The translations under genes and the position numbers were made by a program. The notes beneath the pieces are model-generated. The model worked only from the letters and a program-made list of their open reading frames with translations. It searched no databases and had not been told where the DNA came from. From Vicugna vicugna (lineage: Eukaryota): DNA of 64,000 bases. Where the stretch lies: positions 6,548,939 to 6,612,938 of the forward strand of contig MU058423.1 of assembly GCA_013265495.1 (NCBI GenBank). Direction: 5' to 3'. Below, in pieces: positions 1 through 12,987 of this stretch (position 1 is the stretch's first letter; each line of letters begins with the position of its first letter).

Positions 1-1033
1 TCAGTGTGTTATTAAATAACTTTGGAATAATTTAGACTTTTCCTTTTGCTTCTTTCTATTAAAATAAAGGAGAAAAAAGGAATACTCAAAAATAGCACAA
101 TTATCATGTCTACTGGTGTGTATGCAAAATGGAAATTATGTTCACTGAAATAAGTTATTTCATAGCTTATGTAGCTAGTTTCTTACTGTTTACCTTTCCT
201 GTTGGTAGCCTTTAACTAATTTCCAATGGAGTCTTCTTCGTGGAGCAATTCTGGGGGAAAAAATATGTTGTCATTTCTCTGACTCGTATTCTAGGTCTGG
301 ACCATACACAACTGAATTGAAGGTACTGGGTTGACTGACAGAAATTGTCTTTCTCAAATGCTCCACTAACAGCAAAGAAAAATCCTCCTAAAATGCAGGG
401 TGGTGTCAGTATTCCTCTCCATCACGAGAGAAAATTTTGTTCTAATAAAAATCACGACAAGATTTCCATTCCTATTATTCCACTTTCCACATAAATGGCC
501 TCTGAGACAGCCCTTATCTTTAATTTAATTGTCACTATTGTTATACATATGTATATATAAGATATGTCTATAAAGCAGCAAAATACTATGGCCTATGAGC
601 CAGTCAAATGTGTTCTACCTGAACATTTGCTGCACCTCCATTATCCAAGGAGGATTTTGATCTTGACTGTAATATTTTCTCCAAAGTGTCATTGAAGGAT
701 TTTAAAATAAGAATTATTATCATTACCACTACTTGGAATGGAATTATTTCAGTCAGAGAAGTAGAAAGATGAAGCCAAATGTCAGGAACATCTCACTGTG
801 CTTCCCTTTTCTCTAGAATCTTCCATCTTTAAGTCCTCACTGCCTTAGTTGCTCTTGAAGTTGTCACAGTAAAGATTTATTTTTTGTTTTGTTATGTTCT
901 ATGTTGTACCTAGATTTTTCTCTAGATGTTCTAATTGCATTCTAGGCATGATCAAGGGCAGATGCCCCCTTTGTTTGAAACTACGTGATAACTTTTCTAT
1001 TTTGCCCATTATGTTTTCACTCAGTGGCCATTT

Positions 1034-1245
1034 TGTTACCAAGACCAAGTTTATATTGTTTGATGCAAGGCAGGTCAATAAATCGAGGGATGAGTTGTTG
1101 GGGCAAACAATAGTGACTTTATTCAGACAGCCAGCAGACTGTGAAGATGGTGGACTAGTGTCCCACAGAACCATCTTGCCCAGGTTTGGATGTTAGGTTC
1201 TTTTATAGAGCAAAAGGGGGTGAAGAGGTAAGATTAAAAAGGCAA
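1034..1245 (-). mobile_element. ERV1-type LTR, 3' portion (TATA to U5 end), related to the LTR at 1791-2306
   Basis: Reverse complement reads TATAAAAGAACC...GGGACACTAGTCCCACCATCTT...CTGAATAAAGTC...CTTGGTAACA, colinear with 2135-2306. The right boundary is approximate. Confidence 0.8.
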
Positions 1246-1790
1246 TATTTCAAACATGAATGAGGACGGTGCCACACAAACAAGATGTATGTTCATCCAT
1301 TTATTACAGAATGCCATATCTTTAAGTATCTTATTTGAGATTGGTGTGGTTCCTCAGAGAACAATCTTTAAAACTCTTTGCCTACATTCAAGGTTAAGGT
1401 AAGACAAGCCAGCTGAGTGTCCTCTATATTCACACTCAGTATGTAAAATATTATGATAGTTAACTTCCCTGTCTGAAAATGTACCCACAACTTCAAGTAT
1501 GCATCACAGCCCAAACCCCTCGGTTTATATACTACTTGTTGAACTTTAGTTGTTAAAAAGTCAGATTTCTGTTAGGATGTGTAAAGTGAGAGAATGTAAG
1601 GACCTGACTTTTCAAACAGTATTCACCTTAGTCCTCATATGTTAGCCTGTGTTCAATTCATTTCTAGTTCTACGGTATTGGTTGTCTCAGTTTCTGAGGT
1701 CTTTGATTATTCTTCAGTGTAAATCAAGATGATTTCACTTTTCCTTATTGCTATTATAGGATTTGAATTTATTTTGATGCTAGGTCAATT

Positions 1791-2306
1791 TGTAATAGGG
1801 AAGAGCAAATCTGACCCAATATTAGATCTGTTTCTTTTACTTTAACCCTTATATTCTATTGTTTTTGCTCCCAGTTAAGAATGTTGCCTATAGTTTGAAT
1901 TATACAGGATAGCCCATTCTCAAGACTCTGACCTTTAAGGGTATAACACTCTTCTATTCATATTGACACACAAAGTTGCAGAAGAGAGGATAACATTTGT
2001 CTTGTAAATTTATAGGAACATCCTGATCAGACCTAGGTGGACAGCTGCAAAACCAATCCATTATCACATCCCCTGCAGGGTCTGGCCTGAACCAAGAAGT
2101 TTGCAACAAACAGCTCTCCCCTACTCCCTTTTTAATATAAAAGAAGCCTGAATTCTAACTCAGGTAAGACGGTTCATTGGGACACTAGCCCATCATCTTG
2201 GTGAGCTGTCTCTCTGAATAAAGTCGCCATTCCTTTTCCCAACATTTTGTCTCCTGATTTATCAGCCTGTCATGTGGCGAGCAGAAGGAGTTTGGACTTG
2301 GTAACA
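1791..2306 (+). mobile_element. Complete ERV1-class solo LTR (516 bp)
   Basis: TGTAA...TAACA termini; 4-bp TSD AATT at 1787-1790 and 2307-2310; TATAAAA near 2136 and AATAAA near 2217. Confidence 0.9.
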
Positions 2307-5300
2307 AATTAACACTCCTCCATCTATACTTTCTAGATTTCAAAATTTTCCCTGTCCCTATACTTCTGTCCTCATTAATTTGTCTTTTCAAAAACAACGT
2401 CTTCATTGTAGTTTTAGTGGAGTTTCAGGAGGATGGAAAATTTGATGGTTATGACCTTAATTTAGAAATGTCCTTTTCATCTTTGCTGCTGGACCTGCTT
2501 CTCAGGATCTGGATGTGAATCTGAAATGTGGAATAGACAGCAATCTAAGAGACAGGGTAGAGTTCTTTATTAAAATATTCACAACCCTCTGACCTTCAAG
2601 CATTTCCTTGGATCCATTTGCCCTCCTTTTAGAATGTGTCCTTTCTCAAATATTAATCTGACCTCTTGTTCAAATAGTCCTTTTGTGAGGATACCCCCCA
2701 GACTTGTAAGAGCCTAGGATAAACACAGCTTAGGCTAGAGAAGAGAACCCTGCTTATCTTAACACAGTGCTGCTATACCCACAATCAGATGATTTTCCCA
2801 CAGAAAATCATTATTTCATCAAATATTTGCTTACAGTTTTCTGTATGGAAAGCACTGCATGGGTCTTCATAATCCACAGTGTTTCTTCATGTATTAACAA
2901 GTGAACAAATTGCCATAAGGCTAGGGATTAATTGGAGACAACTGCATCTAAGCATTAGTGCCAGAGGGACCTCAGGGACTAGGTGGTCCTCAGTCTGCAG
3001 GTGAGAAAACGGAAACACTGAGTGGTTTGATGACTACACCCTTACTAAGCTACACCCTTACTGCGGATTAATGAAGTGTCCTGGGGGATTTCTCGTCTAG
3101 TCAACCCAAACTGAGAGTCAATGGAGTAATTTGGGGAATTTCTACATTAAACTAGAAAATCAATTGCCTATGGTATATTAGCTAGCATCTTGAGTAAAAT
3201 ACAGCCCTTATGTTCAAGTGAGTCATCAAATCAATTTTGAACCCACTCCAAATGCCTCGGCCTCCAAGCTGCTGCCGTCAGTAATAGCACAACCCCTCCT
3301 GTATCAGCCAGAATGCAAATGCCCACTTTAAAACTACTCATCCTTAGTGAAAATGGCAAAATTTTGACAGTTATGCTATACATTTTACATGCACAGAATT
3401 TTACTACAATTTTGTCTGATTGAAGATTTAGATAAGACTATTTGTTCTTTTCTCTTGCAATATCTACGTCAATATGTTTCACACTACATAATACTCATCT
3501 GTCTTTTAAAGCTCACCTTCTGGTACTTGGTACATTGCTGGATGACCATGGGGTCAAAGGTATACCACCATTCAAAGAGGTGCCACAAATGGTAGCTTCT
3601 TCATTAATGTACAGACAAATGCATGTCATCAGGCAGGAGGATTGTGCAGGATACACTGGCGTTGAGTCGTGAATTTGAATTAGATGATCCCTAGCTCACT
3701 TCCAGCTTTAAGTTGTAAGTTTCTCAGAGAATGCTATAGTGTAAATCAGTATTTTCAAGCCTGGAAAGAACTTAAGGACACATTCTTCATGATGCTTCAT
3801 TAAAATGTCCTTACAGATATATTGCTTTAGCACCTACATCTTTTATTTTACATTATGCCATCAAAATAAATTTATATTATACCTATGTAACCAATTATGC
3901 ACTATATATCTACACAGCATAAGCATACTCAATAGTAATGCAACTTTAAAGTATGTTTTAGCACACACACAAACATTCTACACATCATATCCATACAAGG
4001 AAAAACAAGTTCTTTTTCTGAAGTTAGGTTAATAAATAAATGTGACAATGTTTGGGAAAATAGAAGTATCCCAGAGAATGTTTTTTTCACTCCAGGCAAC
4101 ATTGGCATAGAATGAAAAGGCTTCCATTTCTTTGTAAGACAAAATCACTAGCTTTAAAGTAAAGACCATTCCACACTGAGAAGTCAATTCCTTGAGTGCA
4201 CTCCACAAAGTCAAGCCCTCATGGCTGAGGGGTTGGTAGATTCCAAGTCAGCATGACACGGAGCTTAGTGACCTTTAATTCCACAGACACAAAGAACTTT
4301 CACCTGGTCTCCTAACTCCATGGGTTTCAGAAATGAATGCTTGAGTGCCCTTCTTTGTGTCTCAGCTGCAACCAGAGCCATTATCTGCCCCTAGAATACA
4401 GTTTAAGGCTGATTGGAAAGATAGTAAAAATACCCCAGATGTTTCCATGGTGATAGCTAAGCACCAGATGCCAAGTGGCCTTTAAGTTGCTCTTTGCTGC
4501 AATGAAAATTTTGAGGTGTTTGCTGTTACAAAACATCTGCAGAAAAAAATAAAGTATTGTATTTCAGTTTGTGGAGCACAAAATAATCAATCAATAAATA
4601 GTGAATTAATTAATTCTCATGCACAAATTGTCAGCCTAGGCTCTCAGCAGGATAGAGTGCTACTTAGGCGATATGGGCAACATAAAATAGAATTAATATC
4701 ACAAAGCAGTTAATTCATTAATTGGTAGTTGCTCAGTGGAAAAATTAAAAAGAAGCAGTTTGAAAGATTTCCAAAAGGAGGAATATCACTAATGAAGCAA
4801 GCAGGGGTGAGAAAATACGAGGGCTTTTTGATGGTCAGAAAAGGGAAGGAAAGTAAAGCGAACGGTCACTATGAGTGGCGAGGACTGTAGTTTCCGTGTG
4901 TGGAAACAACACAGGATGAAAGCAAAAAGGAACTGGGAAACTGGATCGCCACGGACGTCGTGGCCGCACAAAGGAAACTGGGCATCTTTAGGCAGATAGT
5001 GTGATTTCCAGAGGAAATCAAAGACTGTCCAGAAAATTTAAGACATAATCAGAGCTTTGTTTTAGGAAGGCCGTCCTGTTACTGGCATGCAGAGAGGACT
5101 TGACAGGGGAGGAACAGAAGCAGGAAGGCATCTAAAGGCCCTTGCAGCCTCCCAGTTCTCCAGGAGCCAGGGCCAAACTCTGAAACGATCTGAACAGGAC
5201 TGGTTGTTGGTTAACGGCATTGTGAGAAACTTGTGAAAATTGAAATTGAAGATGGCATTGGGGTTTGAAATCGTACTAATTTGGAGAAGAAAATAATTAA

Positions 5301-5344
5301 AAAAGAAAACTCTTATGAACAGCAGTGGAAAATAGTATTACAGT

Positions 5345-5555
5345 TGCAAGTTCTGGAGTGTAAGTAATTTGAGACTGAACTGCAGCTCCAGTACTAATCA
5401 ACTTTGTGACCTTAAGTAACTTACAGGATATCTCTGTGCCTCAATTTCCCCACTGTAAAAGAGGGCTAATCAAGCACCTATCACAAAGGGATGGGTTGAA
5501 CACAAAATGAGACTACATATGCAAATAGTATTGCCTTGCACATAATAAATATTAG
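5345..5555 (+). mobile_element. MIR SINE
   Basis: MIR core-like TGTGACCTTAAGTAACTTA...TCTCTGTGCCTCAATTTCCCCACTGTAAAA. Confidence 0.8.
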
Positions 5556-6229
5556 ACACTGGTATTAGTAATGTTATAGAATTTCAAACAAAGGGGATTA
5601 ATTTTATATATGTTGACTGCGGAGTAACTTACTAGTATCAAATGGGCAATTAGAATTGTGGCATTGGCACTCTGGAGGGAAGTAGACAAGAGATGTAGAA
5701 GGTAGTTATTTAAGCCTATAAACATCTGAAACTCAGACTTAACTAGAGAAAAATGATAGGAGTCTCACTTTCTAGTCTCTGAGACCAAACTTGGACCCAT
5801 TAAGTGAGTCCCTGGTGCCTTGCAATGCCATATAAATTTATGTATCACCAGGCCATAGTTGATTTGATATCTAATCCAAGCTTCGCCAGAGTTTTAAAAC
5901 AAAAATTCAAAATTGTTTTGAGATTGGAGAAATCTTTGAAAATTATAGTCAGCTGTACAGGAGCTCAACAACTAATGACAGCCAAATTTACACGTTGTCA
6001 AAAGAGGAAGAATATTGTTATTTGAGAGCTATACAACTGAAAGTTGCATGGTCATTCTCAGGAACTTTTACAAAAGATAATTAAATACAGGATTATTAAT
6101 CCTATTTTTTGTAAAAGCTATTATTAGCTTTTTACATGGGTTTACTAAGAGAATAAATACCAGAAACATAATTTGAAGTTTTTAATAAAGTTGTCCAAGG
6201 AATTTTCAAAGACTTCATAAATTTGAATA

Positions 6230-6683
6230 TGTGAAAGGATTCACCAGAATCCACAAAATGTATTCAGTAAGGCTTTAATATAAAGCAGAGTTACAGCCCA
6301 GCAAGAGAAAGAGAATGCAGGCAGCATCGGAGAATTGAGAGACATCCCACATACAAGATCCAAAAGGTTATTAACAGATCCCTCCAGATTGAACCTTCAA
6401 GATCTGTGCAATGAATCATGACCTCAGGAGATCTCAGTTTATCAGGAGATACATTCCCATGAGAAACTTCTACGCCTCTCTGGTTATACAGTCAAGCAAG
6501 ATTGGCAAGTACCAAGTGAAAACAATCAGTAAACAAACTGGTCCTGGGAGTTACCAAAGTAGTTTCAGACTTTCAATTCCAACTGTCCCTATCTCAGTTA
6601 AGAATTAAAGCCAGACATCCAAGCATCTCCAAGAATAAGGCTAGAGTTTTCCAGTCCAGCTACAAATCAACTCTATCCTACAC
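6230..6683. mobile_element. Probable old LTR, family unresolved
   Basis: About 450 bp bounded by TGTG...CACA with LTR-like composition; no clear TSD. Confidence 0.35.
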
Positions 6684-8061
6684 ACAGATCAGAGGAGTTC
6701 ATATATGTGAACGGTTCTAATTTTAATGAGAAAGTTGTTGTGTCATATGAACTGTTATAAATAAGCAAGACAGAGATAAATAGATGACACTATGATTAGG
6801 TTAATTTGTAGTTGGAGGGGTGACCTCCCAAATAATGTAATGTAATGTTAGTTTTCATTAATATTTTCCTTAATGTGAATTACATAGATCATATTTTTAT
6901 ATGTTTAAGCCACGTTTGTGTCTCTCCTCTGTGAATTCTCTGCATCTTTTGCAGGACTGGATGAACTGTAAGAGACAAGTGAGTAAAGAGGTAAGCTGAT
7001 CCAGGCTGTGAGAAGAGCACAAGTGAAGGCAATGTTTGTATGGTGCAAAAATCACAAATAGGTCTATGTTTTTATAGCATTAAGTGGGAAAAAATGTAGT
7101 GGTGGGAAACGAGGCTGGAGAGACTGCTAGGCATCATATCAGGACAGCCTTGTGTCCAAGTTATTAATTTGGACCTTAGATTTGTTCAAGATTTTTAATT
7201 ATAAGAAACTACTGACATCCTTTTAAAGTAAGTGTCTTAGGATGCTCCCCTCAGGATTTTAATTCTACAGGATTAATGAAGGGACCATGTGCCTAGGGCA
7301 AATAGTGATCTATTTGAAATCAATCCGAAACTCAGTTCAATGAGCCATAATACCAGTGTTTGAGGTTTCTCGTTTGTTTGTTTTTAATGAAATACAAAAG
7401 TAGAAGAGAAAAAGAGAAGAACAAGGGGTAAGAATAGAGGGAAAGAGACTGGAGGAGAGGAAAGGGGAAAAGAAGAGAGAAAACTGAAAGAGAAGGGAAA
7501 ATATCAAGATGCATTGCAAAGTACATGACTTGATTTCGTAAGTATGTTTATACATACAGTGGGCAGGTATTCATGTGGGCTGGTGCTCTAGGTGGTGATG
7601 AGAAAATGTAAAATGTGATTTTTGCTCTAAGCCATGGTCAGAAAGTTTGAAAATTACTGCCTTAGGCTAGGAGGTACTGTTGAAGGATTTTAAGCAGATG
7701 AATGGCATGATCAGATTGAATTTTAGATTTATCTGTTAAAAAGCCTACAGGGCAGAGAGCCTCTTTTTCAACAAATTGGATGCAGACAAGATCTGCAAGC
7801 CTCAGTTGAATATATCTAAAGCAAAGTTCTTTTATTTGACATGCAAATGAATGTGCATATTTTAAAAATAGAAAAATAACAAGTATCCATGAAGATCTTT
7901 CTTTATGCAACATTTCATTCACTAATTTACTTGAATACGTATCTAGTACCTGCATTATTTCAGGCATGTTCGTAGGTGCTAAAAACACAGTAGTAAATGA
8001 AACAAAGTCCCTGCCCTTATTGGGCTTATAGTCCAGTCAGAAGTGCCACACAGTAGTAAAC

Positions 8062-8566
8062 TGTGGCAAATTTTGTTTTCCAAAGATGGCAGCAACAATG
8101 CCTCCCAGTCTATATTCTCTTCCAACAACGTCACTTGGATATTTTTCCCATCAAGCAGTAGCATCTATGTCCATTCCCCTTGAAAATGGGCATGATTTTG
8201 TGATTATTTTGGTCAATTAAGTATGCTGGGAAATTATTTCTTGAGGATTTCCAGCACACTGGAAACGATCAGACTGCCCTGAGGCATCCCTGCTGTGAGG
8301 AAGCTCAAACTAGCCATGCTGAGGGTTCGTGTAAAGAGGCCATGCGACAACATGGAAGAACGAGAGATACCCTGCCAGCCCCAAGATGCTTCCTCCCCAC
8401 TCTTCCAGCTGCATCCACTATGCTGCTGCAACTGCATGGGAGACCCACAGCCAGAATGCCCCAGCAGAGCCCTTTCTGAAATCCTGAGAATTAATACATT
8501 CAAAACCCTTGTTTGAGCCACTAAGGTTTGGGGTGGTTTGTTAGGCAACAATAGATAAAGGGAACA
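8062..8566 (+). mobile_element. MaLR solo LTR (MLT1G/H-like)
   Basis: Starts TGTGGCAAATT...CCAAAGATGGCAGCAACA; ends GAGCCACTAAGGTTTGGGGTGGTTTGTTAGGCAACAATAGATAAAGGGAACA, a typical MLT1 3' end. Confidence 0.85.
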
Positions 8567-9044
8567 CTGACAAAGAAATATTCTGTTAGTCAAGTGGTGA
8601 TTGAGTTTTAAGAAAAAAATATGTAAATAAGGGTAGGGATTGGGGACAGGAAGTAGAGGGAAAGTAGCATACTATGTAAGCTGGTCAGAGAAGGTCTTAC
8701 TGATAAAGTGATGTTCAGTCAGAGGGAAGAAAGGAGAGGAACAGCTCTACGGCAAGGCAGCCCTGGGGGAGGAGTGTAGCAGAGGGGAAGCAGCAGGTAT
8801 CAAGCCTGAGTCCAGAAGGCGTGGTAGTCAAGGAACCCTAGAGCAGAGGGACTGAGAGAGTGGGGAGATGAGGTCATAGAGAAGGGAGAGGACGGGGAAG
8901 GGGGAAAAGGAGCTTCAATAATGTAGAGTGCTGTAGGCTGCTTCAAGAATTTTTATTTTTACTCTGGGTGAGATGGGGAGGTTTAGAATGGTTTTGAAAA
9001 GAGATGTGATTTTTCTTAAAGGGTCTTTCTGGAAGTTAGAAGGA

Positions 9045-9757
9045 GAGTAAGAGCAAATACAAATTAAAAATAAGAGGCTTAATTCTATCTGTTGGAAATA
9101 AAGGAAAAAGTGTTCCCCATCCTTTTCTTAGAGCACTTTTCTTAGAAAACTTGTGATTGTAAGTTCGTTCACTGTCTCTTTGAAATGTATGTAAATCTTT
9201 TTAAAATCTAAATAAGCCTCCTGCCAGCTTTATGACCCAAGAATGTCTTTCTCAAGAGCCTGGGAACGGTTTCTTTGAAATGTAATCATCACGAAAGATA
9301 GAACCCCTATCTTCCAGTTTCTGCAGGAGGGCAGAAGCCTAACTTTGGCAGGTCCCTTGCTCCAAGTTGTTAAACAACTTCTTGCCAGAAAGATATGAGA
9401 CTTTTTTTTTTTTATCCTCTTTGGGTAAAGCCAATTAGCTAACACAAATGGTCACTCTTAGTACCAGGTAAATTTAGGATGAGTGATGTGTGACAGACGA
9501 TGCTGTCAAGTCCTCTTACTTGAGAGATAGTTGTTGTTTATCTTGGAAATATGTATGTGATAGCTTGTATCTGCTTGGCTGTATAAAAGGGGAAGATTTC
9601 ATCTGTCTTTGCAGTCTCCTAGAGGATTGCCTGTGATGTACATCAAATTCTAGTTTAATGCTTATTCAATAATAAAATTGTTTTCTTTCTCTTCTACCTT
9701 GGTAAAGAGATTTCTGGGCAAGAAGGATATTTTGTTTTTAATTATATATCCCAAACA
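9045..9757 (+). mobile_element. ERV1 solo LTR, MER34-family-like
   Basis: AAATTAAAAATAAGAGGCTTAATTCT...GACCCAAGAATGTCTTTCTCAAG...TATAAAAGGG...CAATAATAAA...CCCAAACA. The 5' boundary is approximate. Confidence 0.8.
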
Positions 9758-11089
9758 AGGGCAAGGATAGAAAGAAACTAGTTAAGAGATCGGTGTGGTA
9801 CTCCAGGAGATAAGTAATGGAGGCTGACAGCATGTGCAGCAGTGGGGACGGAAACTTGAGTTTCATGACGGCAAGGGTTTGGTAATTTTCGCAACTAACA
9901 GTGAAAGTGTTGTGTAACCAGTTATTCTCTCTCTTATTCTTTCATTCATTCAACTATAATTTATCGAGTTCTTTGCTATCTGCCAAATATGAAAACAAAC
10001 CCTAACAAATTAAAATAAATGATACATTTGCAAGTCTTTTAAATTTTTTTCTGATTATTCAATTTGCATATCTTTTTAATTCTAGCCTCTCAATTTGTAT
10101 AAAAAATCCAGAGCTGTTTTATTCAAATTATATAGATTTTTGGAGTTTTCTTTTATAGGTTATCAAATTAAAAATAAACTTCACTGTTATGAATAGCATA
10201 TTCAATACTAAAATGTATAGAACCATATATATGACAATAAAAATGACAATGATATTAAAATAAACAAGATCTAAAAGTCTATGTATTAAAGTTTCTGTCC
10301 CCTCTTAATAGTATCTTTGGTAACATTTTTTTTTGATGTAGAGAGAGAGAGATGAAAGAGAAAAGAGAAACAAGTGAAATATCTGGCATGATATGATTTT
10401 TCCCAAGGTAGGAAAGAAACAGGAATAGTGGTGATTTCCAGTTTAAGTCTCATCTCTTCTGCCTAATCTTTCTGATATGAATCGGGACGGGGGTACCTGT
10501 AGTGAAGTTTTATAAGGGATGAGGGGAATCTGTGCCCATTATTTGGAATTCAGAAAAGTCCAGGCTTTATGTAAAAATAGAATTCCATAAAAAATGAATG
10601 CTAATAAGAGTATTAAATGAACCTAATTTAAACCAATTGCTATTCAAGAACTACCTGAGCATTTTGTTTAGCACAATGATCACTCCAGAGTTTCTGTGAA
10701 CACAGTTCATGATTGTTGACAAGTTAAACTTCTTGAAACAAGACAATTTGATATTCTCAGAACAGGAAACTGAAAATATACAAGTTCTTTCCCTGACTTC
10801 TGGGCCAGCACTGGGGCCAGCTTTTGGCAGGTCTAACTGTGAGTGATTTTTATTTTCCTAACTGGTTTTTATTTTATTTTCTTAGCATGAAATATATTAA
10901 GAAATAGGAATTCTGAAGACAAGCAAAAGTCAACATCTACATAGCTAAACTCAAACCTGAAATAGTTCAAAAATGCTATTTTGACCTAGGAAAATCCCCC
11001 ACTGAGAAAATTAGTTTGAGTTCCTAAATTATTTAGAAGGGCTGTCTACACTATTTGATTCCACTCAGTGATTGTTCAACTGCCTGGCT

Positions 11090-11340
11090 TATGGTGATAG
11101 AGCTAAAATAATTATTTCAGTTAAGCACAATGCTTTGGAAAATCAGAATATCTAGGTTCTTGATTTCTACACATGTAAACTTAGGCAAGTGAGGTATCAG
11201 GAAGCTAAGTCTCTCCTCCTCTGCAAACTAGAAATAATGATGTTTTCCCCCGTGTAACACTTTTGATGTGACTCAAATGGGAGGATGCAATCTTAAGAAC
11301 CTTGAAAACAGTAACCTGTTCCTAAAAATAAGGCATAATA
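11090..11340 (+). mobile_element. MIR SINE (degenerate)
   Basis: AATCAGAATATCTAGGTTCT...CTTAGGCAAGTG...CTAAGTCTCTCCTCCTCTGCAAACTAGAAATAAT. Confidence 0.65.
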
Positions 11341-11584
11341 TTACTTCTGTTATTGAAAATTTTGATTTTAAATTATAAAATAAGATCATAAATGTACGAA
11401 GATAATTGTTTTTATTTTTATCTGGCTTTTAGGGATGTCATGGTAATCTATAAAATCATTTAAAATGCCACAATAGCCCAAGTGACAAATAACACTTATT
11501 CCTTCTAGACAAAAAAACTGGGTAGATGAAGGTCAGTGTTGATAGGAACAAAGCATGAACTAACAAAAAAAATCAGATCTATCT

Positions 11585-12035
11585 TTTATATAATTTGATA
11601 TTTGTGTATATTGCAAAATAATTACCATAATAAATCTAGTTAACATTTGTCACCATACAAAGTTACAGAATTTTTTCTAGCATTGAGAACTTTTAAGATG
11701 TACTCTTTTGGCAACTTTCCAATGTGCAATACAGTATTATTAACTGTAGTTGCCATACTGTACATTACAGCCCATGACTTGTTTATTTTATAACTAGAAG
11801 CTTGTGCCTTTTGACTCTCTTCATCCATTCACCAACTCCTCACTTCTGGCAAACAATCTGTTCTCTGTATCTATGAGTTTGACTCTTTTTTTCTTGTTAT
11901 TTTGGAAGTGTTTTTATTTGTTTTTTAGATTTCACATGGTCTTTATCTTTCTCTGTCTGACTTATTCCACTTAGCATAATGTCCTCAAGTTCTAATCATG
12001 TTGTCACAAATGGCAAGATTTCATTCATTGTGTGT
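11585..12035 (-). mobile_element. L1 3' end fragment (L1MA/L1MB-like)
   Basis: GAGAACTTTTAAGATGTACTCTTTTGGCAACTTT...CAATACAGTATTATTAACTGTAG...CTGACTTATTCCACTTAGCATAATG. Confidence 0.85.
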
Positions 12036-12987
12036 ATATATAATATATTCACAAGACCAAACTAGAAAGGTCTTGATGAAGCTTATACTGAACACCCTAT
12101 TTTAAATTGCAGTTATTCCCAAATCACAGAATATAAAATTTTATTGATATATTTAGTTTATCATATTAGTCAGGAAGCATCGACTGGAATGCCTTCCAAG
12201 AGATTAACACATAAATGTTGACCCTTGTTTTTAAAGAATATCAGGACCTCTCTCTTGTGGACACCACAGAATATACACACACAAAATATTCAGAGCTCAA
12301 GTACTAAAGCAAATAATGTGTTTCCTTCTAATGAATAATTCCTAGACAGGAAGATCTCAGCAGGAGCAGGACAAAGACAAAGGATTGTTGGAGTTGTGGG
12401 ACTCTGATAGGTTGCTTAACTTCTCTGGATGTATGTTCCTTATACTGGGAATGAAGAGGACCAGATGCTCTCTAAAAACCATCCTACCCCGAACAATTTG
12501 TTATCAACACTTTACCTGCTTAAAAAAATTACATTTTTCTTGTACTAAAAACTATACTTTCTCCAGTAGTTCACATTTTGAATTATTATAGTTAAATACC
12601 CATGTTATAAACCCTTTCCAACTACTGCCTTAACAGTTTCATTTCCTGATGAGTAGACATTGTTCTATATGCTACCTTCACAGCACAATGATATGAAAAA
12701 CACAAATCCCTTAACTTAAAAAGATATTCTCCCCAATCTTGACAAGGTTATGGAAATTAACTGGCAACCTTTTTGTTTCATCATCTCCAATCTAATTATA
12801 AAACTATCCAGAAAGAGGCAGTGAAACATGGAGCAGTGAAGAATTCAATAATCTACTGGAAAAAAATATAGTTCTGATAGAAGAGATAAGACACTGAAGA
12901 AATGTTCAACACTGAACAACAAAAAACACACTAAAATATATCAAATAGATATACTTGTTTAAATGAGAAAACTAGAGAATGCATGCA

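Larger units (their letters stand above)
7910..9850 (-). mobile_element. L2 LINE 3' region, interrupted by two LTR insertions
   Basis: L2 tail CATTCA...GGTGCTAAAAACACAGTAGTAAATGAAACAAAGTCCCTGCCCT; L2-like sequence resumes at about 8570-9040 and 9758-9850. Confidence 0.75.

Noticed and set aside
3033..3062. Direct repeat CTACACCCTTACT twice
   Set aside because: A single short slippage-type duplication with no further structure.
4441..4454. Second X-box-like GTTTCCATGGTGAT
   Set aside because: The right half-site is degenerate; expected by chance.
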